Shown piece by piece: positions 47,527 through 55,322 of a DNA stretch of 62,497 nt. The position numbers and the translations under genes are program-made. Where the stretch lies: the NCBI GenBank assembly GCA_002763075.1, contig PFDB01000016.1, positions 1-62,497 on the forward strand, written 5' to 3'. The stretch comes from Candidatus Pacearchaeota archaeon CG10_big_fil_rev_8_21_14_0_10_34_76. GTDB taxonomy: Archaea > Nanobdellota > Nanobdellia > Pacearchaeales > GW2011-AR1. The notes beneath the pieces are model-generated. The model was not told the origin of the DNA, ran no database searches, and was given only the letters and a program-made list of their open reading frames with translations. Positions within the stretch are counted from its first letter, which is position 1. Every line of letters starts with the position of its first letter.

Positions 47527-47745
47527 ATGGGATCAGATTCAGTTTCCTCAGGAGTGAACAAGTTACTTAGCTTGATATTATGGATAACTGGAGTTTTGGT
47601 ATCATTGGCAGTCGGTTTTGGCATGATAAGCGGAACCCTTCCGGTATGGTTCATACCAAATATAGTTACCTCAATCGCGGGCTGGGCAGTAGTAATACTT
47701 ACCTTACTAAGCGTTCTTTTAGGAATCATAGAAAAGTTCAACTAG
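47527..47745 (+). CDS. small membrane protein
   Basis: I trimmed ORF 47449..47745 to ATG 47527 (MGSDSVSSG...). This removes the overlap with the preceding gene. Two TM helices. Confidence 0.4.
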   Translation: MGSDSVSSGVNKLLSLILWITGVLVSLAVGFGMISGTLPVWFIPNIVTSIAGWAVVILTLLSVLLGIIEKFN

Positions 47746-47800
47746 AAAATTTTACAAAGTCCTAAATTTAAAGAGTAACATTTTTTGAAAGGAGGTTAAT

Positions 47801-48163
47801 ATGAAAAATATAAAACTAATAAATAGAATTCTTCTTGGTTTAGTTATGCTTGTCCCTGGTTTGTTTAAGCTTGCAGGAATGACAGGAATTGTCAATTTTG
47901 ATGTTCCAGGATTTTTAGCAAGTCTAGGATTTCCAGCAGCAAGTGCTCTTGCATGGTTGCTCCTTATAGTTGAGATAGGCTCTGGAATAGCAATTCTATC
48001 TAATTGGAGATTGAAGCAAGTAATTTGGGCTCCAGTAGTGATACTATTGGTTGCAGCATTTGCAGCTTATAGAACAGATGTAGCACAGATAGTCATTCAT
48101 CTTACACTGATATCAAACTACCTTTTGCTCAGTTCTCAAGAAAAACCAAGCAGAAAAAAGTAA
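47801..48163 (+). CDS. DoxX-like membrane protein
   Basis: Four TM helices. GGAGG lies upstream at about 47781-47785. Confidence 0.5.
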   Translation: MKNIKLINRILLGLVMLVPGLFKLAGMTGIVNFDVPGFLASLGFPAASALAWLLLIVEIGSGIAILSNWRLKQVIWAPVVILLVAAFAAYRTDVAQIVIHLTLISNYLLLSSQEKPSRKK

Positions 48164-48233
48164 AGAAAATTTAATTTTTATTTTATTTTTTACTTTCTAT
48201 TAATTTTATAAATACAATAATCCTAAAAATTCT

Positions 48234-49265
48234 ATGAAAAGACTAGTGATAATTGGAGGAGGCTTCACAGGATCGCTAGTTGCAAAAGCACTTGAAAATA
48301 GGTTCCAGACCACTTTAATAGATACTAAAGATTTCTTTGAATTTACTCCAGGAATTCTAAGGCTGGCGATTGAACCAGAACATATCAAGAAGCTTCAAAA
48401 CCCCCATAGAGACTATCTTGAAAAAACAAAAATTATAATTGATGAGGTAAAATATATCTCTAAAAACTCAATTTTATTAAAAAATAAAAAAATACCATTT
48501 GATTATCTTGTCATTGCCACAGGTTCCAAATACATTTCTCCAATTAAAGACAAAGAAATCATAAAGACCTACACTTCAAAAGACATATTAGACAATTTAA
48601 ATAAAATAAAAAAGGCAAAATCAATAGCAATAATAGGGGGGGGACTTGTAGGTGTGGAACTTGCGGCAGAGCTTTCCACAAAGCACAAAAATAAAAAGAT
48701 AACCATAATCCACTCCAGAGAAACTTTAATAGAAAGAAACTATCACAAATCAATAAAAAAAGCAGACTCTTTTCTGAAAAGACATGATGTTAAAATCATT
48801 TTCAATGAAAGAGCAAAATCAAAAAGAGGAAATATAATAATAACAGAAAGAGGAACAAAAATTCCGGCAGACCTTTTCTTTTTCTGTACAGGCATCACTC
48901 CAAACTCTGAATTCATGAAACCATCATTCTCACAAGCAATTTCAGAAAAAGGAGGAATAAAAGTTAATCAGTTCCTTCAAGTTGAAAATCAAAAAAACAT
49001 ATTTGCTGGAGGAGATGTTACATCTATTATTGAAGAAAAAACTGCACAATCATCTGAAAGACACGCAAAAACAATAGTTCAGAATATCATAAACTTAGAA
49101 AATAAATTTCCCCTAATAGAATACAAATCAGTAAAGAGACCTATGCTAATCTCATTAGGTAAATATGACGGAATTTTAGAATACAAGTCTCTTGTAATTA
49201 CTGGCTTTCCGGCAGCAATAGCAAAATCACTCGTTGAAATGAAAGAACTCTGGAAGAGAAAATAA
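48234..49265 (+). CDS. FAD-dependent pyridine nucleotide-disulfide oxidoreductase (NDH-2/AIF-like)
   Basis: VIIGGGFTGSLVA and IIGGGLVGVELAAE dinucleotide-binding motifs, plus a FAGGDV C-terminal FAD motif. Confidence 0.8.
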   Translation: MKRLVIIGGGFTGSLVAKALENRFQTTLIDTKDFFEFTPGILRLAIEPEHIKKLQNPHRDYLEKTKIIIDEVKYISKNSILLKNKKIPFDYLVIATGSKYISPIKDKEIIKTYTSKDILDNLNKIKKAKSIAIIGGGLVGVELAAELSTKHKNKKITIIHSRETLIERNYHKSIKKADSFLKRHDVKIIFNERAKSKRGNIIITERGTKIPADLFFFCTGITPNSEFMKPSFSQAISEKGGIKVNQFLQVENQKNIFAGGDVTSIIEEKTAQSSERHAKTIVQNIINLENKFPLIEYKSVKRPMLISLGKYDGILEYKSLVITGFPAAIAKSLVEMKELWKRK

Positions 49266-49266
49266 A

Positions 49267-49803
49267 CTAAGACTCGGACAACTTAGAGTCAATAACCTTC
49301 CTCTCTCTTGTACCTGCATCAATCCTATGGAGGTTTTCAAGAACAGCAAGATCAACATCTAATATATTTTTCTTAGAAAAATCTATCAATGCATGTTTAA
49401 CCAAACTTCTTAAGTAAACTCTTTGAGATATAGAATAATCGACACCTAGAATTGGAAGACCTTCTCCATGCCCTTCAGAATAATCTAAAACACTCTCATA
49501 AATGTCAAAAAATTTTGGCCTTAGAATAGCTTCTTCTGTAAGCCTAATAACTCTAGCAATATCTTTTACAGCCTTAGCTCCCGTATGATCCTTATCCGTA
49601 GAAGCCGAATACATTCCAGCAATTCTAATAACTGGTTTAACTCTTGCAATTTGATTGTGACTGGGTAATCCATTAAAAGGCATTTTACTATCAACAACCC
49701 GAACAAAATCTCTTAAAGCAGTATTCATCTCCCCAGCCGAATCAGAGAAACACACTCTAGAAACTCTGTCAATATAATCTAATAATTTAACATTATATGT
49801 CAT
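49267..49803 (-). CDS. hypothetical protein
   Basis: ORF only. Confidence 0.45.
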   Translation of the reverse strand: MTYNVKLLDYIDRVSRVCFSDSAGEMNTALRDFVRVVDSKMPFNGLPSHNQIARVKPVIRIAGMYSASTDKDHTGAKAVKDIARVIRLTEEAILRPKFFDIYESVLDYSEGHGEGLPILGVDYSISQRVYLRSLVKHALIDFSKKNILDVDLAVLENLHRIDAGTRERKVIDSKLSES

Positions 49804-49833
49804 AAAAATAACAGCTATAATTCATTTAAAAAA

Positions 49834-50424
49834 TTAACTATTCTTAAATTCACCTTCAAAAACAAATTCTCCAATTGGCTTTCTTTCATTTGGATGTTCA
49901 GATTTTCTCATCCTTTCAGGTATTTTATCCAAATCTCCAGATTTCCCTATAGCAATCATGTGAACAATTTCATAATCTTCGGGAATATTCAATTCTTTTC
50001 TAGCCTTCTCAACATCATACCCGGCCATCCCATGCACTACTAAACCAAGTAAACTTCCCTGCAAGGCGAGATTCTCCCACGCAGATCCAGTATCAGACAT
50101 AAAGTTTCTATTTTCCTTATCATCCTTTGTCTTCTTGTATGCACACAAACAAACAAGTGCAGCAGCATTTCCTGCCCAAAGTTGATTAAAATCATCCAAT
50201 ATTCCAAAGAACTTATCAAACTGCTCCTTGTTCTCACTCCTGGCATAAATAAATCTCCAAGGCTGTTCATTACTGGCAGAAGGTGCCCATCTCGCAGCTT
50301 CAAAAAGAGTCATAAGCTCCTCGTCACTAATCGACTCGCCACTCATCGCCCTAGGACTCCATCTATTCAAAAATATTTCATTAATAGGATAATCTGCTTT
50401 CCTCACCTCAGAACCTTTTTCCAT
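49834..50424 (-). CDS. nitroreductase-family protein
   Basis: RWSPRAM...ARWAPSASNEQPWRF is the typical nitroreductase N-terminus. The start is set at MEKGSEV (ATG 50424). Its first 61 nt belong to the 63-bp direct repeat. Confidence 0.85.
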   Translation of the reverse strand: MEKGSEVRKADYPINEIFLNRWSPRAMSGESISDEELMTLFEAARWAPSASNEQPWRFIYARSENKEQFDKFFGILDDFNQLWAGNAAALVCLCAYKKTKDDKENRNFMSDTGSAWENLALQGSLLGLVVHGMAGYDVEKARKELNIPEDYEIVHMIAIGKSGDLDKIPERMRKSEHPNERKPIGEFVFEGEFKNS

Positions 50425-50426
50425 AA
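50364..50426. repeat. 63-bp perfect direct repeat, copy 1 (nitroreductase 5' end)
   Basis: Identical base for base to 53196-53258. Flanking bases differ on both sides. Confidence 0.9.
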
Positions 50427-50463
50427 AGTTTCCAAGCATAATTAGCTTTTATAGGTTTGGTGT

Positions 50464-51444
50464 TTAAACAGAAATAGAAGGTTCTAGATTTTTCCCATAT
50501 TTCTTTTGCAAATGCCCCACAGTAGCTTCTGCAAGCTGCTCCCAAGAAAGCCCACTTCCATGTTTCCTTGACGAGCCCCCTACAATGTTAGATCCTCCCC
50601 AACCTTCTCCCTCAGGAAGACCTTCAAGAGCATTATAAACTCCAAATAATTCATTTATGGGAAATGGAATATAAGGTGATCTCCTTCCAACAGTCCAAAC
50701 ATTTCTATTATCTGGCCTTATAGCAACAAGGCTAATATATGCATCGAGCCCCTGGGAAAATAAAAAGTACCTAGCTTCACTTCCTCCAATTTCATTCACA
50801 ATTTTGAAACCTGAAGGAGAATCATATAATATCTCATGCCTCGTATCCAATTCCCTTTTTTCAGCCTGCCCCATTACTAATTGATCAATTCTTCCAGTCA
50901 TGGACTCAAGTGTAGAACAAATAACTGCTTCATTTGCACTAGCAAGTGCCCCGCTCTTTCTTAGATCATTGTAAGGAGCAAAGATCCAATTGTGTGTAGA
51001 AAGTAAGCCGTCATCCAAATTCATAGGGTAACCTCCTCCAGTTATATCTAATTTGTCTGTAAGTTCAAGAAGCCTATTAACAATTGGAATGCTTTGTGTT
51101 CCTTCTAAAGATTTGTGTCTGTCCAAAAGCCAAACACTTAAAGCAACATCTTGATCAGGATCGTTCACATAAACAGGAATTTTAGCCAATCCGGTTTGCC
51201 AGAAAAGCGATTTCATTAAATTTCCTTTGATAGCGAACATAACTTGTCTTGCAGTAGACATTGTAGCTTCTCTTGCAACACCATCATGATGATCAAAATT
51301 GACATGCAAAGTATCTTCATCATATTTTGGGCCTCCAAGAACAACACCATCCAGAGCTATAGATCCTCTTGGAGTTTTTTTGACAAACTCATCCCAAGAC
51401 ATACTTTCTCTTGGCAAAATCCTCAAGTCAATTGTTCGAATCAT
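50464..51444 (-). CDS. hypothetical protein with DHH-like (NFDHHDG) and GGSSRKHG motifs; possible phosphoesterase
   Basis: Motif-level resemblance only. The motif order is not canonical for DHH/DHHA1. Confidence 0.35.
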   Translation of the reverse strand: MIRTIDLRILPRESMSWDEFVKKTPRGSIALDGVVLGGPKYDEDTLHVNFDHHDGVAREATMSTARQVMFAIKGNLMKSLFWQTGLAKIPVYVNDPDQDVALSVWLLDRHKSLEGTQSIPIVNRLLELTDKLDITGGGYPMNLDDGLLSTHNWIFAPYNDLRKSGALASANEAVICSTLESMTGRIDQLVMGQAEKRELDTRHEILYDSPSGFKIVNEIGGSEARYFLFSQGLDAYISLVAIRPDNRNVWTVGRRSPYIPFPINELFGVYNALEGLPEGEGWGGSNIVGGSSRKHGSGLSWEQLAEATVGHLQKKYGKNLEPSISV

Positions 51445-51513
51445 CTTCTATAAATACGAACTTTTCCGACATTTATAAGTTTAATTATGTTCATTATTTC
51501 TCCGCTATCAGAA

Positions 51514-52177
51514 CTATTTCTCCCTCAATTCCAAAAGCCTGTATTCAATCCCAGAGTCCCATTGGTTAGAAGGCTCTACATTTCTCCCAACGATTCTTGA
51601 ATCATATCCCTCTCCTCGGATAATTTTAGATAACAATCTTGGATTTCCAATATTTGGAGATGCTCCTACAAGTAATCTCCCTCCTTTAGTTAAATGATAA
51701 TGAGCTCCTTGTAAGAATCTTCTAAATGTCTGATATCCTGGATCAAAAACCGACATTTCCAAAGAGCCATTAGCAGCAAACCTAGAATCAGAAGTCAATG
51801 GTTGATTGAATAAAATAGTATCGAATCTTTTCTTAAATGGAACACCTGAAAATAAATTAGAGTAATATACGTCAACAATATTGCCTAGTCCAAAACGCAA
51901 TACATTTGTCTTCGCATTTTCAACTGCCTGGGGATTTATATCAACAGCATCAACATTTACTGAACTGCTGTAAAGTGCTGTAAAAATCGCAAGAATTCCA
52001 GCTCCAGTTCCCATATCCATAACGTCCCATAGCTCTCCAATTTTTAGGACCCGCAGGCACTTTAGCAGCAAATCCTCTTCCTATAGAGTATACGAATCCA
52101 TCTGAGCCATCAGCAAGATAATTAATACATCTTCCATCTGCTTCAAACTTAGGTACTGGCAATTCAATTTTTGTCAT
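51514..52177 (-). pseudogene. SAM-dependent methyltransferase apparently interrupted by a 1-nt frameshift near 52070-52085
   Basis: The frame starting at ATG 52177 forms an ATGA overlap with the upstream stop and encodes MTKIELPVPKFEADGRCINYLADGSDGFVYSI. The other frame continues EEDLLLKCLRVLKIGELWDVMDMGTGAGILAI (motif I) ...ILFNQPL and is blocked upstream by TAG at 52081-52083. Confidence 0.5.
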
Positions 52178-52698
52178 CTTCTCAGCCTCCACTGCACAAA
52201 ATCTATCAAAAAGACCTTATCCTGCCTAGGAACATAAATATGATTAGAGAAATTGTGGATATCATCAGGTACAAAACCGTGAGCCTTAGCTTTTGCTAGT
52301 TCTTTTCCCATAAGATCTAAGGCTCTAGCCCTCATAGAATTCTTGTAAGAAAAAAGTTCTTCTCCATTTATTCCGTCTATATATTCCATTACATAAGCAG
52401 TAAGGCCCTTGTGAAGAGTACATTCATCTAACACATCAACAGAAAAAAGTCCTTCCGGCTTAGGAACAGAAACACCAAGACCATATAGTTCCCGTGCAAT
52501 TCTAGATTCACGCCCTCCTTGAGCTCTTAACAGTTTAGATGTTCTCGAATCTAAATTATTCCAAATGTTCCAATTTCCATATACCTTAACTACAGAATCT
52601 CCTGATAAATATATAGTGCCATCGCCACCATCTTCATGAATAATTTTATTTTGCTCTAACACAACTCCAAAATCAGGCAGCCTAAAATTACTTTGCAT
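52174..52698 (-). CDS. minimal protein-kinase-like fold protein (Bud32/RIO/Kdo-type)
   Basis: SVVKVYG (beta3 Lys), YVMEYIDG hinge, HGFVPDDIHNFSNHIY catalytic loop, and VFLIDF (DFG equivalent). Confidence 0.55.
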   Translation of the reverse strand: MQSNFRLPDFGVVLEQNKIIHEDGGDGTIYLSGDSVVKVYGNWNIWNNLDSRTSKLLRAQGGRESRIARELYGLGVSVPKPEGLFSVDVLDECTLHKGLTAYVMEYIDGINGEELFSYKNSMRARALDLMGKELAKAKAHGFVPDDIHNFSNHIYVPRQDKVFLIDFVQWRLRR

Positions 52699-52837
52699 CT
52701 TCGCTACCCTCCATAGTCTTTTTTATTGAGAATTCAAATGCATGAGACCTGTTTCTAAAAACACCATTCTTCACGCCTTCGTCTATCTTATCCAGAGTGT
52801 CTTCCTCTACAGAAATACTAATTTTGTATTTAGCCAT
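52688..52837 (-). CDS. ribbon-helix-helix (CopG/NikR-like) DNA-binding protein, 49 aa
   Basis: Own translation: MAKYKISISVEEDTLDKIDEGVKNGVFRNRSHAFEFSIKKTMEGSEDAK. The beta-strand KISISV followed by two helices is the RHH pattern. 11-nt overlap with the kinase-like gene. Below the ORF-track cutoff. Confidence 0.6.
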   Translation of the reverse strand: MAKYKISISVEEDTLDKIDEGVKNGVFRNRSHAFEFSIKKTMEGSEDAK

Positions 52838-52838
52838 A

Positions 52839-52884
52839 AGTAGCAAGAAGTCATACCATTTTTAAACCTTTCTATTTTGCTACT
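52839..52884. promoter_or_regulatory. 8-bp inverted repeat (AGTAGCAA / TTGCTACT) bracketing a TATA-like box upstream of the RHH gene
   Basis: The arms lie at 52839-52846 and 52877-52884. TTTAAAAA (minus strand) at 52859-52866 sits 22-29 nt upstream of ATG 52837, which is leaderless geometry. Confidence 0.4.
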
Positions 52885-52979
52885 ACCCTAAAGTTACATA
52901 AGGATGTCTACATAAATAATTCCTTGGTGAATCTCTAAAAAACACAAATTATATAAATTCGAATAGATAACAACCTAAG

Positions 52980-53129
52980 ATGGAAACAATAACAATTCCA
53001 AGAGCACAATACGAGAAAATGAAAGAAGAGATTAGGATACTTAGAAGTTCAAAACTCTACAAAAGGCTGCTTGAATTTGAAGACAACATTCAAAAAAAGA
53101 AATATTCAAGAAAGGAATTAGGATTCTAA
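52980..53129 (+). CDS. possible 49-aa coiled-coil protein (antitoxin-like)
   Basis: Own translation: METITIPRAQYEKMKEEIRILRSSKLYKRLLEFEDNIQKKKYSRKELGF. TTATATAAA at 52949-52957 lies about 27 nt upstream of the ATG. Confidence 0.35.
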   Translation: METITIPRAQYEKMKEEIRILRSSKLYKRLLEFEDNIQKKKYSRKELGF

Positions 53130-53195
53130 CCTCTAATTTTCTTTCTGATTCTATCTATTATTGATTGCTGATGCTTTTCAGAAGTTTTCATGCCA

Positions 53196-53258
53196 TATTC
53201 AAAAATATTTCATTAATAGGATAATCTGCTTTCCTCACCTCAGAACCTTTTTCCATAA
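53196..53258. repeat. 63-bp perfect direct repeat, copy 2 (orphan nitroreductase 5' fragment)
   Basis: The minus strand reads ATG GAA AAA ... giving MEKGSEVRKADYPINEIFLNMA, then a stop. Confidence 0.9.
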
Positions 53259-53261
53259 CAA

Positions 53262-53609
53262 TCAAAAAACCCCTTTTTTTAACACTTTCAAAAGATCATC
53301 TCTAGCATCCCTCAGAGATTTTTGCAATCCTCTAAAGTCTCTTAGAGCAGAAACCAAACCATCACCTAACTCAACATCTGCTAAATATGGTCCTTGTGGT
53401 AAACCGTTAACTCTATCAGGAATATCTCTCCTTTGAAATTCATCCATTTCTTGAAGTCCGGTGCCATTTGGACTAACTACTAAGTTAAAATCAGGAATAA
53501 ATAATTGCCCACGATCAACATGACCACATACATCTCCCTCATAACCCTGACTCACAACATAACTAATATCTTTTACCGCCTTATACGCTTTAACCATGTA
53601 AGAAATCAA
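53262..53609 (-). CDS. hypothetical protein
   Basis: 115-aa ORF with no motif. Confidence 0.45.
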   Translation of the reverse strand: MISYMVKAYKAVKDISYVVSQGYEGDVCGHVDRGQLFIPDFNLVVSPNGTGLQEMDEFQRRDIPDRVNGLPQGPYLADVELGDGLVSALRDFRGLQKSLRDARDDLLKVLKKGVF

Positions 53610-53676
53610 GAGCCAAACTTAATAAATATTGCTATGTGAATTCATTTCTTCCAGATATAGCAAGGGAATAATGTTT

Positions 53677-54048
53677 TTATTTATTATAAACCGAAGGATC
53701 TTCTTTCAAGTCCTTGATAAAATCTAAGAAAAACCCAATTATTGCAAAGATAGTAGTAGGTAGATTAACAAAATTGCTAAAATATTCGAAACCTATTAAA
53801 TCAAAAATACCTATAAGACCAATTAAAAAATGAAATGGACCATGTTCCATCCAGTAAACTCTTTTCCTTCTGACATTAAGCACATTATAATCCAGAAAAA
53901 TTGTTTTAACTAAAAAAACAAGAGTCAATAAGAATAATACTTGAGGTATCCTTAATTGAAAATAAATCATACCTCCTAATAAAATTAGATATATCAAAGT
54001 CCAAAAAGAATAAACCCTCCAAACTCTTTTTGCACCTAACAATGCCAT
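53677..54048 (-). CDS. small polytopic membrane protein
   Basis: Four hydrophobic helices. Confidence 0.5.
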   Translation of the reverse strand: MALLGAKRVWRVYSFWTLIYLILLGGMIYFQLRIPQVLFLLTLVFLVKTIFLDYNVLNVRRKRVYWMEHGPFHFLIGLIGIFDLIGFEYFSNFVNLPTTIFAIIGFFLDFIKDLKEDPSVYNK

Positions 54049-54103
54049 ACAAGCTAAACAATATAGAGATTTATATATTCATCTAGAGTCATCCCCAAAC
54101 AGA

Positions 54104-54826
54104 TTATTTCTTAGCTAATTTCCAAAAGACCTCAAATTGTTTTTTTTCAGTCTCAGATAGATGTTTATTCCTCATAACGATTGCGTAAACAGGTTCCCCA
54201 TATATAAGTTCTATAACCACATCTTGATAAATAATTTTAGCCGTGTTTCCGATTAATCCATTATCAATAAATTTATATTCTGTTGTTTTAGCATATTCCA
54301 AAACTCTGCCATATTTTTTGATAATCATTCTTTCAGTAATTTTATTTTCTTTAAAATAATCCAATATTTTTCTAAGATAAATTGGCTCTATTATTTCCAT
54401 CTTTTCTTCATCAATTCCAATATAAAGAATTTCGTCTTTCGGTTTTATTTCAGAAATTACCTTCTTGAAAATATTCTTTATGACATATTTCCCCTTTAGA
54501 ACTTCTACTGAAACGTCCTCGCTTCCTATCTTTTGCAGGTTTTCTAGTTCTAATTTAAGGGTTTTTAGGATGTCTACTTTATGCTCTTCTAATGCGACTA
54601 TCTGGTTTAGTTCTACTGCCCTGAAATTCTTTTTTCCTTTTATCTTTATCTCTGAAATATATCCCTTTTCTAATAACCTCTCGAGAGCATAGTAAACATA
54701 AGGACGATTTAACCCTGTCCCCTTAGCAATTTCTGTAGCACTTAAAGCTCCTTTTTTAATAAGAATAAGAAATATGCTGATCTCATTCTTTGTCAGTCCA
54801 AAGTCTTTAAGGATTTCGATGTTCAT
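54104..54826 (-). CDS. TrmB-family transcriptional regulator
   Basis: MNIEILKDFGLTKNEISIFLILIKKGALSATEIAKGTGLNRPYVYYALERLLEKGYI is a TrmB-type wHTH. I trimmed the 301-aa track ORF to ATG 54826. Confidence 0.8.
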   Translation of the reverse strand: MNIEILKDFGLTKNEISIFLILIKKGALSATEIAKGTGLNRPYVYYALERLLEKGYISEIKIKGKKNFRAVELNQIVALEEHKVDILKTLKLELENLQKIGSEDVSVEVLKGKYVIKNIFKKVISEIKPKDEILYIGIDEEKMEIIEPIYLRKILDYFKENKITERMIIKKYGRVLEYAKTTEYKFIDNGLIGNTAKIIYQDVVIELIYGEPVYAIVMRNKHLSETEKKQFEVFWKLAKK

Positions 54827-54919
54827 ATAAGTTAAAACAATTTGGATTATAAAAATCTTACTATTTTTGTAATAATTGTTACAACAATAATTTATATACT
54901 TATTTTTTAAGATCTTTCC

Positions 54920-55309
54920 ATGAAAAGCTGTAATGGAAAATGGACTGCAAGACTTCCAGCTGTAGGGGGATTCTGGCATCAAAGAAAATATAAGACTCAA
55001 CTCAAACAAATTGCAACTGAAGAAGGATTAAAAAAAGTCGCATTTAACTCTGAATTTACAGGAGAAGGAGTAAAAATAGAATATGATTCCCATTATGAGC
55101 ACTTAACTCCAAACATAAGTGGTCATGAAGAAGGTCCACATAACGTATTCAGCGGACTAAGTATTATAATTTGTTCAGAAGGAAATGATGATAAAACCAA
55201 GAAAATCACTGAACGAATTAAAGAGTATGTATGCGATCCAAGTTGGAGAGATCCTTCCTCAAAAAGATTCTCAGAGGTTTTTTATGGCTCTTCTAGATAC
55301 AACCCTTAG
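54920..55309 (+). CDS. hypothetical protein
   Basis: ORF only. Divergent from the TrmB gene. Confidence 0.3.
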   Translation: MKSCNGKWTARLPAVGGFWHQRKYKTQLKQIATEEGLKKVAFNSEFTGEGVKIEYDSHYEHLTPNISGHEEGPHNVFSGLSIIICSEGNDDKTKKITERIKEYVCDPSWRDPSSKRFSEVFYGSSRYNP

Positions 55310-55322
55310 TAGTTCTAATATA

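Larger units (their letters stand above)
50364..53258. mobile_element. 2.8-kb inserted cassette bounded by the 63-bp direct repeats (no recombinase inside)
   Basis: The direct repeats duplicate a gene's 5' end. The interior is visibly GC-richer and carries its own divergent promoters. The truncated 22-codon pseudo-ORF at copy 2 lies 5 nt after the stop of the 115-aa gene. Confidence 0.5.

Noticed and set aside
51950-52192. 80-aa ORF as an independent gene
   Set aside because: Only its first ~30 codons look protein-like. The rest overlaps the methyltransferase in another frame. It is better explained as the displaced N-terminus of a frameshifted methyltransferase.
53161-53436. 91-aa plus-strand ORF spanning repeat copy 2
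   Set aside because: It shares the peptide IQKYFINRIICFPHLRTFFH with ORF 50182..50445 only because both read the 63-bp repeat antisense. It also overlaps the 115-aa minus-strand gene.
54827-55009. N-terminal 61-aa extension of the TrmB-family ORF
   Set aside because: The extension is AT-rich, low-complexity (YINYCCNNYYKNSKIF). The canonical TrmB wHTH begins right at the internal Met (54826).
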